DNA of 64,000 bases, taken from assembly GCF_006345805.1 (NCBI RefSeq), contig NC_043017.1:31124001-31188000 (forward strand). Direction: 5' to 3'. The notes under the pieces were generated by a model. It saw only the letters and a program-made list of their open reading frames with translations. It was not told the DNA's origin and did not search any database. Below, piece after piece: positions 13,142 to 25,075 of this stretch (positions are counted from its first letter, which is position 1; each line of letters starts with the position of its first letter). Made by a program: the position numbers and the translations under genes. This DNA is from Octopus sinensis. Taxonomy: Eukaryota.

Positions 13142-14077
13142 TTGATAAGCTGCTTTCTTTATTATTGTACAGATGTGACTAATTAGGAGAAACATTACTT
13201 TCATTAATCACACATCATCACTCTCGAAATGGAACACTTTGTAATTATGGTTCAAATTGAAAGTGAAGAATCTATAATCACCTCCTAATGAAACTTGGTC
13301 ATTGTAGAGCAGTGCATTTCACATAGCTATAGCTGGTTGTTGAGATAACATAGAAAATATATAAATGGAAATAAAGTTTATTTGATAGCCGAAATATTAC
13401 TGAATCTCTTGATTCCCATACGTCGAAACCGGCACCTCAGTTTTCGAATGCATAAGGAACATACGCGTTCACATTTCATTCCAATGTGACCGTTGGTCAA
13501 ACAAGCATTCGAGAAAAGTAAAATGCCAGAAGAGAAAGGAAAAAATATACAGAAGGAATTTTATGTCTGAAAACTTCCCACTATCATGATCACGGGTATT
13601 TTCTTAAACAGTGAATCAAAATAAAACGCGTCCTGGATATATTCTTTTCTGCCATTAGCATATGTTGTGAAATAATTTATTCTATATGGGAAGGTTTCGC
13701 ACTCTATGGAAAAATATCTAGTTAATAGACAATGTGGTCATATGGTATACTATACGACTTATTAGCTTGTAGCCATCTTTGTGTATACTGATTGATTTAA
13801 CTATGTGTTCTAGTATATAAACAGACATATCTAGATACTTGATAATTAGATTGCTAATAATGCATGTCTACATGCGAACATACATACACCTACACACCCA
13901 CATACATACACACATGCATATATATATGTGTGTGTATGTGTGTGTGCGTGTGGCTACCGAATAATTGTCACATATATTTACAGATGAATTCCTCTACTTA
14001 CATAATATCGAGGTCTCTTTCATTTTTCTGCTGTCTTACCATTTCTATCAATATATATATATATATGTGTGTGTATG

Positions 14078-14145
<68 letters not shown>

Positions 14146-14269
14146 GTATATATATAATATATATATATATATGTATATATGTATATATATATGTATATAT
14201 ATATATAATATATATATATATATATTATATATATATATGTGTGTGTATGTATGTGTATATATATATATA

Positions 14270-14322
<53 letters not shown>

Positions 14323-14908
14323 GTAAATATATATGTTGGCAGAAAGAGAGTGAGAGAGAAGTGAGGTGAGAATGAAAGCTAAAATGACTACGAGAAATTG
14401 CGAGAGAGATATGAGATAGAGTGATAGGTTTATTGACGGACAGAAGAGAAGAATGCTAAGTGGTAAGCGGTTGTGAATGTAATTGTTTTCATCTTACTAC
14501 AACTAACCAACTTCCGTTGATATAAAATGTATTTGTCCTTTATGTTATGTAACATTATTTCTCTGTTGTATAACTATTCCTTCTTATAATACAGTCTATT
14601 GCATCTATGTTGAAGCCAATGAGAATTACTTGACTCATAATCAATGGCGTCGCAGACAGTGTAATTTGACGGTGTCTGACCACGATTGCGTTCAACTCTA
14701 ATTTATATGTTTTGAATCCCCCTTCATGTCAAGGACATTGATTAAGATAGTGAGCTGAAGGAAATGGCGGATTTAGTTGAATCGAATTCAGGTTACGAAG
14801 TTACTTTAAAGGTATCGCTAAATTTCCATCCGAAGTAGCAGGAGGACACGTGTTTCGGGTAGCTGCATGATGCTGTAATGGATGATGTAAGATTCGACAC
14901 GGTATTAA

Positions 14909-15141
14909 GGCGGCGAACTGGCAGAAGCGTTAGCACGCCGGGCGAAATGCTTAGCGGTATTTCGTCTGCCGTTACGTTGTGAGTTCAAATTCCGCCGAGG
15001 TCGACTTTGCCTTTCATCCTTTCGGAGTCGATAAATTAAGTACCAGTTACGCACTGGGGTCGATTTAATCGACTTAATACCTATGTCTGTCCTTGTTTGT
15101 CCCCTCTGTGTTTAGCCCCTTGTGGGCAATAAAAAACTAGG
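14909..15141 (+). mobile_element. tRNA-derived SINE, family A
   Basis: A-box-like TGGCAGAAG and B-box GAGTTCAAATTCC, then the central CTTTGCCTTTCATCCTTTCGG(A/G)GTCGATAAATTAAGTACCAG. Multiple copies occur in the window. Confidence 0.85.
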
Positions 15142-15870
15142 TATTACTCGCTGCCCAGCAATAGAAATTTATGGTCCTCTATTACGAATCGACTGAATCT
15201 ATTCTAAAATGTTTATACTTTGTCAAATGTAATAAAAGCATAGAATAGAACTTGATACAAATGTCTTGCATTGAAGGTATCTGCCGGATCTCTCATAGAA
15301 GGAATATTTGGCAACAAAATCAGTTTGAAACACCTTGCCCGATCCATATGTGGACTTCATAAACGAGGACATGATTTCACGCTTCTAGAGAACTGAGATT
15401 TATGTGTTACGGTTGATTTTCAATTGTATCTTACTTGTCTTCGTACTGGTGTTGGCCTCCCGTTTCTAAATAGCTCCGTTGTTTTGCATAAATGTTTAAT
15501 TTTGCAGTAACACCGATATTTGTGGTGTTTTGAATTTCTATAAGTGATTAAGATATCGTCAGTGTCTTAATACGCCTTTTTCTATAACTTAAAAGTATTA
15601 TTATGTTCAGGATGTGATATTTAAAGTCCTCATTAAGCTTTGTTCTATGAGAATATTTTGAAAAACTAAACAATCCCAGCTTCTATTCTTCAGTATTTTT
15701 CATGTTTCCCTTATTGACGAAATGTCTTCCATGTTATCCACTTTATTAATTCTTCAGCCTTAACCCTGAACGGTTAATGTAAACGTTATTGGATAGTGAT
15801 GAGACGTTTGCAGAACAATCCAGAAACTGCGGTTCCAACTTGTTGCAGGTCTCTCCATAGACAGTAATGG

Positions 15871-16250
15871 AAGCACTCCGTCGGTACGACGATGAGGGTT
15901 CCGGTTGATCCGATCAACGGAACAGCCTGCTCGTGAAATTAACGTGTAAGTGGCTGAGCACTCCACAGACACGTGTACCCTTAACGTAGTTCTCGGGGAT
16001 ATTCAGCGTGACACAGAGAGTGACAAGGCCGGCCTTTTGAAATACAGGTACAACAGAAACAGGAAGTAAGAGAGAGAGAGAAAGTTGTGGTGAAAGAGTA
16101 CAGCAGGGATCACCACCAACCCTGCCGGAGCCTCGTGAAGCTTTAGGTGTTTTCGCTCAATAAACATTCACAACGCCCGGTCTGGGAATCGAAACCGCGA
16201 TCCTACGGCCGCGAGTCCGCTGCCCTAACCACTGGGCCATTGCGCCTCCA
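15871..16250 (-). mobile_element. tRNA-derived SINE, family C (complete head)
   Basis: Minus-strand head GGAGGCGCAATGGCCCAGTGGTTAGGGCAGCGGACTCGCGGCCGTAGGATCGCGGTTTCGATTCCCAGACC. The body is nearly the same as 39830-40213. Confidence 0.85.
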
Positions 16251-16433
16251 CTCCATAGACAGTAATCATGAATGGAATGGCAATATACGAACTGATTCAA
16301 TTTTGTATTTGCAAGCACAAAAACAATACTCAATATTCAGTGTGTATATTTTATTAGAACTAAAAAGTTAGAAAATTATTATTTTTAAATCTCACAACGA
16401 GAAATATTCAGCAACAGCACTTTGGAGTAAAGA

Positions 16434-16614
16434 TTGTTTGCCAACATAACATGGCAGTCCTAGTTTAGGACTAATGTTACTGTAATTTAACCCCAGGGTA
16501 CATCGTCTTCAGCTAGCTATACGACACAATCTGTGTCCTTATATATGTCTCATGGTGCTAAATTACAGGAACATTCGTCCTAAACCAGGACTACCATGTT
16601 ATGTTAACAAACAA
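16434..16614. mobile_element. Small MITE or foldback with ~47-55 bp TIRs
   Basis: AACATAACATGGCAGTCCTAGTTTAGGACTAATGTTACTGTAATTTA (16443) is the near reverse complement of TAAATTACAGGAACATTCGTCCTAAACCAGGACTACCATGTTATGTT (ending 16605). Confidence 0.8.
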
Positions 16615-17394
16615 TCTTTATTCTAGAACCTGAAGATATTGGAACGTATCAGATAGTTTCATATTCCTGATTGATTGTATGTTCGAGAAACAAAACTATT
16701 CGAAAATATATGGAAATACGATTGGTTAACTATATATCGAGATTTCATTGTTTTTCCAAAACAACGGTTGGTAAAAGGTTGATATTTTTACCTTATTATA
16801 TGCAATGATTCAAAATAATAGAGATTCTAATATTAGATGCACAAGTTCACAGTAAAAGTTGTTGTGAACCAAGTGACACAGACACACCGTTCATATTTCT
16901 GACATCGAAAATGCACCGGCTAAGGGATTGGCCAGTTTAAAAAAAACCAGAAAAACATATAATCAACATCCTCATTGTTCAAATATTTTTTACGATACAA
17001 AATAAAATAAAATAAATAAATAGATACACTCCGTTTAACTTCAAAGAATTTAATTATATTTTATTTTTCAAATCAAAACAAGAAAGTTCATACATCTGGG
17101 TTAAATCCAGTTCAATGATTTGTAGCGGAAGATGCAGATATAAGAGAGCAACAACAACAATAACAACAACAAAAACGGCAATGGTGTTGGTGTTGCTGAA
17201 CATAAAAATGGTGGCACAGTAAATTGTAGTGATGGTGGATAGGTTGTCATGGTGAAACTGTTGATAATGATAGTGTGGGGCAGAGAAGGGAAAAGGTAAT
17301 GATTTGAAGACAGTGGGAGAAATGAGGTGAATTCGGTGGAGATTGTAAGAGTTCTTTAAATTTGTACTTGTTAAATGTAATTCGGGAAGTGGTT

Positions 17395-17777
17395 ACGATG
17401 ATGATGATGATGATGATGATAACGACGAAGAGGTGGAGGAGGGGGAGGAGGGGGATGAAGAAAATGACGATGACTATGTTGACGATGACGACGATGATGA
17501 TGATGATGATGTTGATGATGTTGATGATGATGATGTTGATGATGATGTTGATGATGATGATGATGATGATGACGATGACGATGACGATTATGATGATGAT
17601 GATGATGTTGATGATAACAAAGTCGGTGATGATGACGAGGAAAATGACGATGGCGACGAAGACGATGATGATGATGTTGATGATGATGTTGATGATGATG
17701 TTGATGATGATGATGATGATGACGATGATGATGACGATGATGATGATGATGACGATGATGATGACGATGATGATGAC

Positions 17778-17822
<45 letters not shown>

Positions 17823-17889
17823 AACAAAGTCGATGATGATGACGATGATGATGACGATGATGATGATGATAAGGATGATGACGATGATA
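17395..17889 (+). repeat. Compound (GAT/GAC/GTT)n trinucleotide repeat
   Basis: About 500 bp of GAT with GAC and GTT variants. It produces the poly-D, poly-M and poly-S ORFs in the track. Confidence 0.95.
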
Positions 17890-18407
17890 TAAATGGTTAT
17901 TTACACAAGTAAGAAAGAAGTTTTAGTAAAAAAAAGAAAGAAGGGGATGAAGAAATGAAGCAACGAGCCAAAGAAAATATTGGAAGACAAACGAGATGTA
18001 AAAATGGGTGCGGTAGAGAAAAGCGCGGTAAAGTCGAAGGTGAAGGTTAGTGGGGGAGATGTTGTCCGAAAGAATACCGAATGAATAATAACCGAAATAA
18101 TCAAAACAAAATATCATCTTCCTGAAATCTATATTAAATAAACGATGGTGAGGGTGGCGAAGAACAAAAATATTTCAGACACAGGCACTAAATATCTAAA
18201 ACTGCTTTAAAAAATATATATATTTCTAAAACAAAAAAAATATACCCTGATAAGGTATGGACACAAACTGAACTTCTTTACACATAAAAAATACAGACAG
18301 TTACACCGACACACACACACACACACATGTACACACAATCACGCACGCACGCAAACACACACATATATATATATACAAGTTTATATGTGTATATCTATGT
18401 GTGAATG

Positions 18408-18449
<42 letters not shown>

Positions 18450-18515
18450 AACATATACATATATATAAATATATAAATGTATTTGCGTGTATATGAGAGT
18501 GTATGTAGGTATGTA

Positions 18516-18557
<42 letters not shown>

Positions 18558-19086
18558 TATACATATATACATAAATATATATACATACATATATATGTAT
18601 ATATATACATATATGCATATATATATATATAGATAGAGAGAGAGAGAGAGAGAGATTTATATAAATACATATATGCATATACATATCCATATATATATAT
18701 ATGTATGTATGTATATATACATACATCCATACATACATGCGAGAACATATTTTTTGTATATATTGAAGGTATTTGTATACATATTTGTTTCATTATTGTT
18801 ATATATTAATGCTATTAAGCAGAAATCTACTAAATCAATACGTGTGTCTACTTGTATGAGGTCGTTAAACTTGGTAAGATACTTATATGTAGGCATGTGT
18901 ACCTAGCCATACATACAAATCTATATATGTACCTATATACCGGTGCATATACACACACGCATAAACAAACAAACACAGACATATATATATATATATATAT
19001 ACATATATACATATGATCGTATTTAACTGAAGACATAGGTATAAACTCATCTGTATATAGACGAGTTCATTTATATATATATATAT

Positions 19087-19132
<46 letters not shown>

Positions 19133-20058
19133 TGTGTCTATAGGCATTACAAAAACAAAAACAGAACAAGAACTACCCAACCACCAGACCATAAGAAATA
19201 TATACTTCAAAACAATTCCCATAAATATTTCTTATTTTCTGTTTCTTAGAAAGACGTTTTCAGTAAAGGTTAAATTTTTGAAATGCACTTTTTAAGTAGA
19301 GCTTACACATACGTTTACAAACACTCACTCACACACACACACACACACACACATGCATTTATATATATATATATATATATATACATCCAGATATAAACAC
19401 ACACAAAAACAGTCACACATACACATATACATACATGCATATATACATACATATACATAGATATATATAGATATATTTTTATATATATACATATATATAC
19501 ATATGTATACGCATGCATATATATATGTATATATATATATATACACATGCATATGTATATGTATGTGTGTATGTGTGTGTGTGTGCGTGTACTGAGGTAT
19601 ATAGAAATAACAAGAGAGAAGGAGGTGGTGTTTGAATTATTTGTAAAGTAGTCGTCTGTTTATCATCGTGGTTTCGCATCCGCTTCAAGAATCCTTATAC
19701 AAAAAGTCTTCATGAATTCAAGATACTGAGACGTGTGAACTGAACAGTGGTGTTCTCCATAGGGCATCTGTATGTGAATATGCAGGCGCATCGTATGTCT
19801 CTACGTATATATGTATATGCAAGCATGTACAATATATGGATATGTACAACGTGTAAGGTATGGGAATGCACAGCGAGCATAAGCTTCGAAATTGATACTG
19901 CATGCGAAAATTTATGAAACAGCTGTAAGCATATGAAAATAAAAACTCTTTTACTTCTTGCAATTCCCGATCCTGAGCTTAATTGTGCACGTTTGTGTTT
20001 ATGTTTTTGTGCATTTAGTGTTTATACATATACATACATAAGCACATATATACACAAA

Positions 20059-20098
<40 letters not shown>

Positions 20099-20186
20099 AC
20101 GCTCACACATACACACATACACACATACACATATGGCGATTTTCCTTTTTTTCTGGACGGTTTACCTTTCTCATTTCTCATTTGAA

Positions 20187-20419
20187 GGCGGCGAGCTGAC
20201 AGAAACATTAGCTCACCGGGCGAAATGTTTAGCGGTATTTCGTCTGCCGCTACGTTCTGAGTACAAATTCCGCCGAGGTCGCCTTTGCCTTTCATCCATT
20301 CGGGGTCGATAAATTAAGTACCAGTTATGCACTGGGGTCGATGTAATCGACTTAATCCATTTGTCTGTCCTTGTTTGTCCCCTCTGTGTTTAGCCCCTTG
20401 CGGGTAGTAAAGAAATAGG
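20187..20419 (+). mobile_element. tRNA-derived SINE, family A
   Basis: Full-length match to the 14909 copy. Confidence 0.85.
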
Positions 20420-20891
20420 TTTACGTTTCTCATTTCCGACGAGGAGTCATGCACGAAAAGTTAAAAACTCTCTCCTTTCACTGGGCACCAAACTAATATA
20501 ATTATTGTGTACGACCCCGCGTTCATGTTTTTCTCTTTTATTCTTTTGGCGTACCTCTCCGTTTTTTATTCGTTTATTTTTTAATTGTTAGTCCGTTCAA
20601 TTCACTATGCAAACATATAAATTCATGTGTGTGTGTGCGTGTATGCATCAATGTATATATATGTAGGTGCATAATTAGGTTATCTTGAGGAAGTTATCGA
20701 AGTAACAATATAAATAAAAGAAACTCAGTCACGCTGGAGGGAATTTTATGTAGAAAATTTAGAGTTTACAATTCCTTTCGTTGTACTCAGTATAACCTAA
20801 AGGTAAGCAAATTGCATCGATGAATCAAAGGGCAGCACTTGACATAGACTATATATATATATATATATATACATCAATAATTACACCATGG

Positions 20892-20930
<39 letters not shown>

Positions 20931-20931
<1 letters not shown>

Positions 20932-21336
20932 TCTTTTACTCTCTTTTACTTGCTTCAGTCATTTGACTGCGGCCATGCTGGAGCACCGCCTTTAGTCGAG
21001 CAAATCGACCCCGGGACTTATTCTTTGTAAGCCCAGTACTTATTCTATCGGCCTCTTTTGGCGAACCGCTAAGTGACGGGGACGTAAACATACCAGCATC
21101 GGTTGTCAAGCAATGCTAAGGGGACAAACACAAACACACAAACATATACACGCACATACACATATATATACATATATACGACAGGTTTCTTTCATTTTCA
21201 TTGTACCAAATCCACTCACAAGGCATTGGTCGGTCCGAGGCTATAGTAGAAGACACTTGCCCAAGATGCCACGCAGTGGGATTGAACCCGGAACCATGTG
21301 GTTTGTAAGCAAGCTACTTACCACACAGCCACTCCT
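20931..21336 (-). mobile_element. CORE-type SINE, family B
   Basis: Full-length copy with tRNA head, CORE-like block and a (CTCTTTTA)n tail on the plus strand. Confidence 0.85.
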
Positions 21337-21607
21337 AGGCCTATACATATATTTATATATAAATAATAACAAATGGTAAAATTAATTAATTAATTAATAA
21401 TTAATAATTCCACCAAATAGTAATCAGCATGTTAAAAGGACCCTTTTCGGTCAGCTTAAACAATATTTTATAATTATGAGTATAATTATAATTAGGGTTC
21501 TTCAGTAGAAGAAATAGCTAAGTTCTTTGGCTGCTATTTCTAAAGTTCGGTATGTGGTGGAGGAATGTTTTGCTGAAACCTAATTATAATTATACTCATA
21601 ATTGTAA

Positions 21608-21681
<74 letters not shown>

Positions 21682-22252
21682 TGTACGTTGTGGATTCACA
21701 AGTGAATGTATTTGTAACATCGTGAGTGTATGAATCGTTTCCAGATCTAGAAAGAGTCTCCAGAAAGATGCTGTTGAAAGAAACATTCTAAGTGTATAGT
21801 TTATGTTATCAATGTGATCTTGTTAGCTCGGAAATCGTAGAACGAATTTATACAAATAAAATTTGAACAAATAACAGCGAAGAGAAATTATTTGAAGAGG
21901 GAAGTAGCATGAACTTGAATAAGGTCGACAAATCCAAGAACATCAACCTTAATACAACATAAAATTTTGATTTATTAAAGCTATCTCTGCTTCTACAGCA
22001 ATTAACAAATGAGAATTGTACCAGCTCAACACTATAGAGGGAGGTAATTTCCCGAATCAAGTATTCTTTTGAATTCAAATATCTTATTTCTGGGCGGTTT
22101 GTCTAGATATAAGATGGCAATTCAGGATTGTTTCTATCTTCAGCACGGCAATTGTGCCACCGTATCTCACGATGTGTTTTTGTTTATACAAAAAATTACA
22201 TTTGTATAAACACAAATGTATCTGTATATCTATCTATCTATATAATTATATA

Positions 22253-22845
22253 TATATTTAACGTAAGATAAATTTTTTTCAAAAAGGTTTTATCAATGGC
22301 CAGCATATTAAAAAATACCTTTAAAGGTTAAATTTATAAACAACTTATAAATAAGGGCAAACGAAAAAATGTCTAATGCCAAATATGCCGAAATTAGATA
22401 CCTTGTCTATAACCATATAATTTTTCAAAATACGCATGCTACTCAAAAAAGGTCGACAGAAATTTCTTTAAAAAATCCATTATTACCATATCGGACCAAT
22501 TTCAGGGTTAGTTCATAAGAACCCTCCCTTCGTCAGTGATAAATGTGGCAAAGAAATAAATGAGATACTTACTCATACCAATGGAAAAAGCAAACACTAA
22601 GTCATGAGCACAATTAAGTACCCCAAATACATCCAAATTAGAAGTTCTCCAGCCCATCTGAGACACGTGCTATTTGAACTGAGGGCTCTCACAGAGTGAG
22701 AGAGTCCGGAAGGGAACACTATTAAATTTTTATTAAATTTGCCCTTATTTATAAGTTGTTTATAAATTTAACCTTTAAAGGTATTTTTTAATATTCTGGC
22801 CATTGATAACATTTTTTCGAAACATTTTATCCTACATAAGATATA
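22253..22845. mobile_element. MITE with ~110-bp TIRs
   Basis: Left arm 22253-22361 and right arm 22738-22845 are reverse complements. The inner ~60 bp (ATATTAAAAAATACCTTTAAAGGTTAAATTTATAAACAACTTATAAATAAGGGCAAA) is essentially perfect. The ends are TA-rich. Confidence 0.85.
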
Positions 22846-23874
22846 AATTTAATAGCGTCCGATTAATGTTTGCAAGGGGAGATCATCGTTCCCATCTCTA
22901 GCCTTACGTGATCCACACAGATCCGGGTTTCTTGGTAGCAACCCATCATCGTTGTGTGATAATCACGAGCTTGTGATAAAACTCATTCCACATGCAAAAT
23001 ACTATATACTTTTTCCAGTGACCAACTCTCACTGATCTCGAAAAAGGAGAAATAAGCAATATTATAACACTGAGCGAGAATTGAGCAATACGGAATCGTA
23101 AAATATATGTGCTAACTAGATGTGGCGGTCCCATAGAGGACGTTGCTACTGTTGTTTTTAGCTCCAGGTGGACATGTCCTCCAGCTGGGACCGCTAGGAC
23201 CAACACACTTAGAAGGCAATTATATTTTACGAGTCTCTACTGCTACTGTGTACTTCTCGCTCAAAGATTTAATATCGATTATTTCTCCTTTTAAACATGA
23301 TTCTTAAAGTAAAACTTCCTTCATGGTCTACCATCCACACTAACTACGCTCGCATCTTCTGACCAATCTCTCCTATCTCTTCCCAACTTTATCAAACGGT
23401 CAAATGCCCCCTCTGGTGCCCTTTGTTGCTTGAAAACCGGAGGACAAATCTCAAACAAACTAAAACCATTTTTTAATGTTTCCTCCTTTCAGTTTGAGTA
23501 AAGTGATTTCATCCACGATTTTCTTATCGTTTTTTACAACGTAATACGTTAAAGCCTGTTGAATAGATTTTACCTAATATAATGAATTTGATAATTGCTA
23601 TTTAATCTTTTTAGGCTTGTTTGAAACAGCTGTAAAGGACTGTCTGATTTTTGAAGATAATAATTTTTCATTAAATGCCACATCTCCATTTCCTTACTTC
23701 CTTGTGAATGATTAAATACCATCGTTTATATATAAATTTACTGTTTTATGTATATTATTATTCACAACAAATAGTAGTAACAATATTATTAGTAACAATG
23801 AACCAGTAGTTCATTGGAAAATACCATCCCTTAATGAAGCTAATTTAATCTCAAATCTAATTTATACATGTGTA

Positions 23875-23907
<33 letters not shown>

Positions 23908-25043
23908 CTATGTGTAGAGCAATTATACGGATAAACAAGTTAGGTATGTGAAATACAATGGTTTTGGTTATTGATGAATATCTAGGTATATATATACAGA
24001 TATTTATATTGATCGATCCATCTTTTACAGATTACAAAGGACAGAGGAAGAAATGTGTTTATATGTCCAACAGCTGTATCTTGAGCTTGGCGATCCATGG
24101 TAATGTTGGTAGATGTAGTTTATCTCAACAGACAGTGACTCGCCTTATCCTATGTTGATTGCGTCCATTACGGCCGAATATTGCAATTAACTATATTTAC
24201 CAACATTACCATGGGTCTCCGAGCTCCAGAAACAGCTGTGGGACTTATAAAACCTTTCTTCCACCCCTTGAATTCCCTCCTTCGTTTGTACACGGTGTTA
24301 GTTGGATCTATCAATATAAATATCAATAAATTTCTATTTAAATATTCATCGTCTGAATGCCTCCATCTTTTGCTTTCTTTCGTTGTTCAACTAAAATTCT
24401 TCGAGACAGTTCTTCAGCAGTGAGGCAAGAATGGGCCCTATTTTGGATATGGACAATAACAGGACAACCAATAGTGTCGTATGGAAGGGCTATCCACAAG
24501 TATTCAAGCTAACTGCTCGGGAATGTCGACACCAGTTCCGTATGGTTGTATCAGCTTAAAACATTCCAAGCGCATTTGTATTTGGTTGCCTTAGAGTATA
24601 GGTTTGACTGGTATTCCAATAATAATATCGAATGATTTAATTTGGGATTAGAAAAGTGTAATTCTGCATTTCCGGAACATGGAGGTCGATATTGCATAAT
24701 TGCATTTCGGGTAAGTGACATTTATCTTGGTATTAAATTATACCATCTAGAAAATTACACATAATAAAAATATTAAAATTAAAATAACAATAGCATACCG
24801 ATAAATAAGTAAATTGCAAAAAAATAATAAAAACGTATATAATTGGTAGAATAATCCTTTGGACTATTATATGTGGAGTGTTGAAGTCAATGAACGCGTT
24901 CATAGAATCAAAGATTCTTAGAAAGCTCCCATAGTCAGAGTAATGTCCGAAAAGGACCAGGACCACTTGATTAAAGCATGTAGATGATTTAGGTCTCATA
25001 TAGAAACACACACACACCACACACACCTATATTATATATATAT

Positions 25044-25065
<22 letters not shown>

Positions 25066-25075
<10 letters not shown>

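Noticed and set aside
15330-15475. Pair of minus-strand micro-exons
   Set aside because: The implied intron is only ~55 nt and the second donor is weak.
15871-16250. Bona fide tRNA genes at the SINE heads
   Set aside because: The heads run directly into SINE bodies, lack a complete acceptor stem and occur as dispersed repeats.
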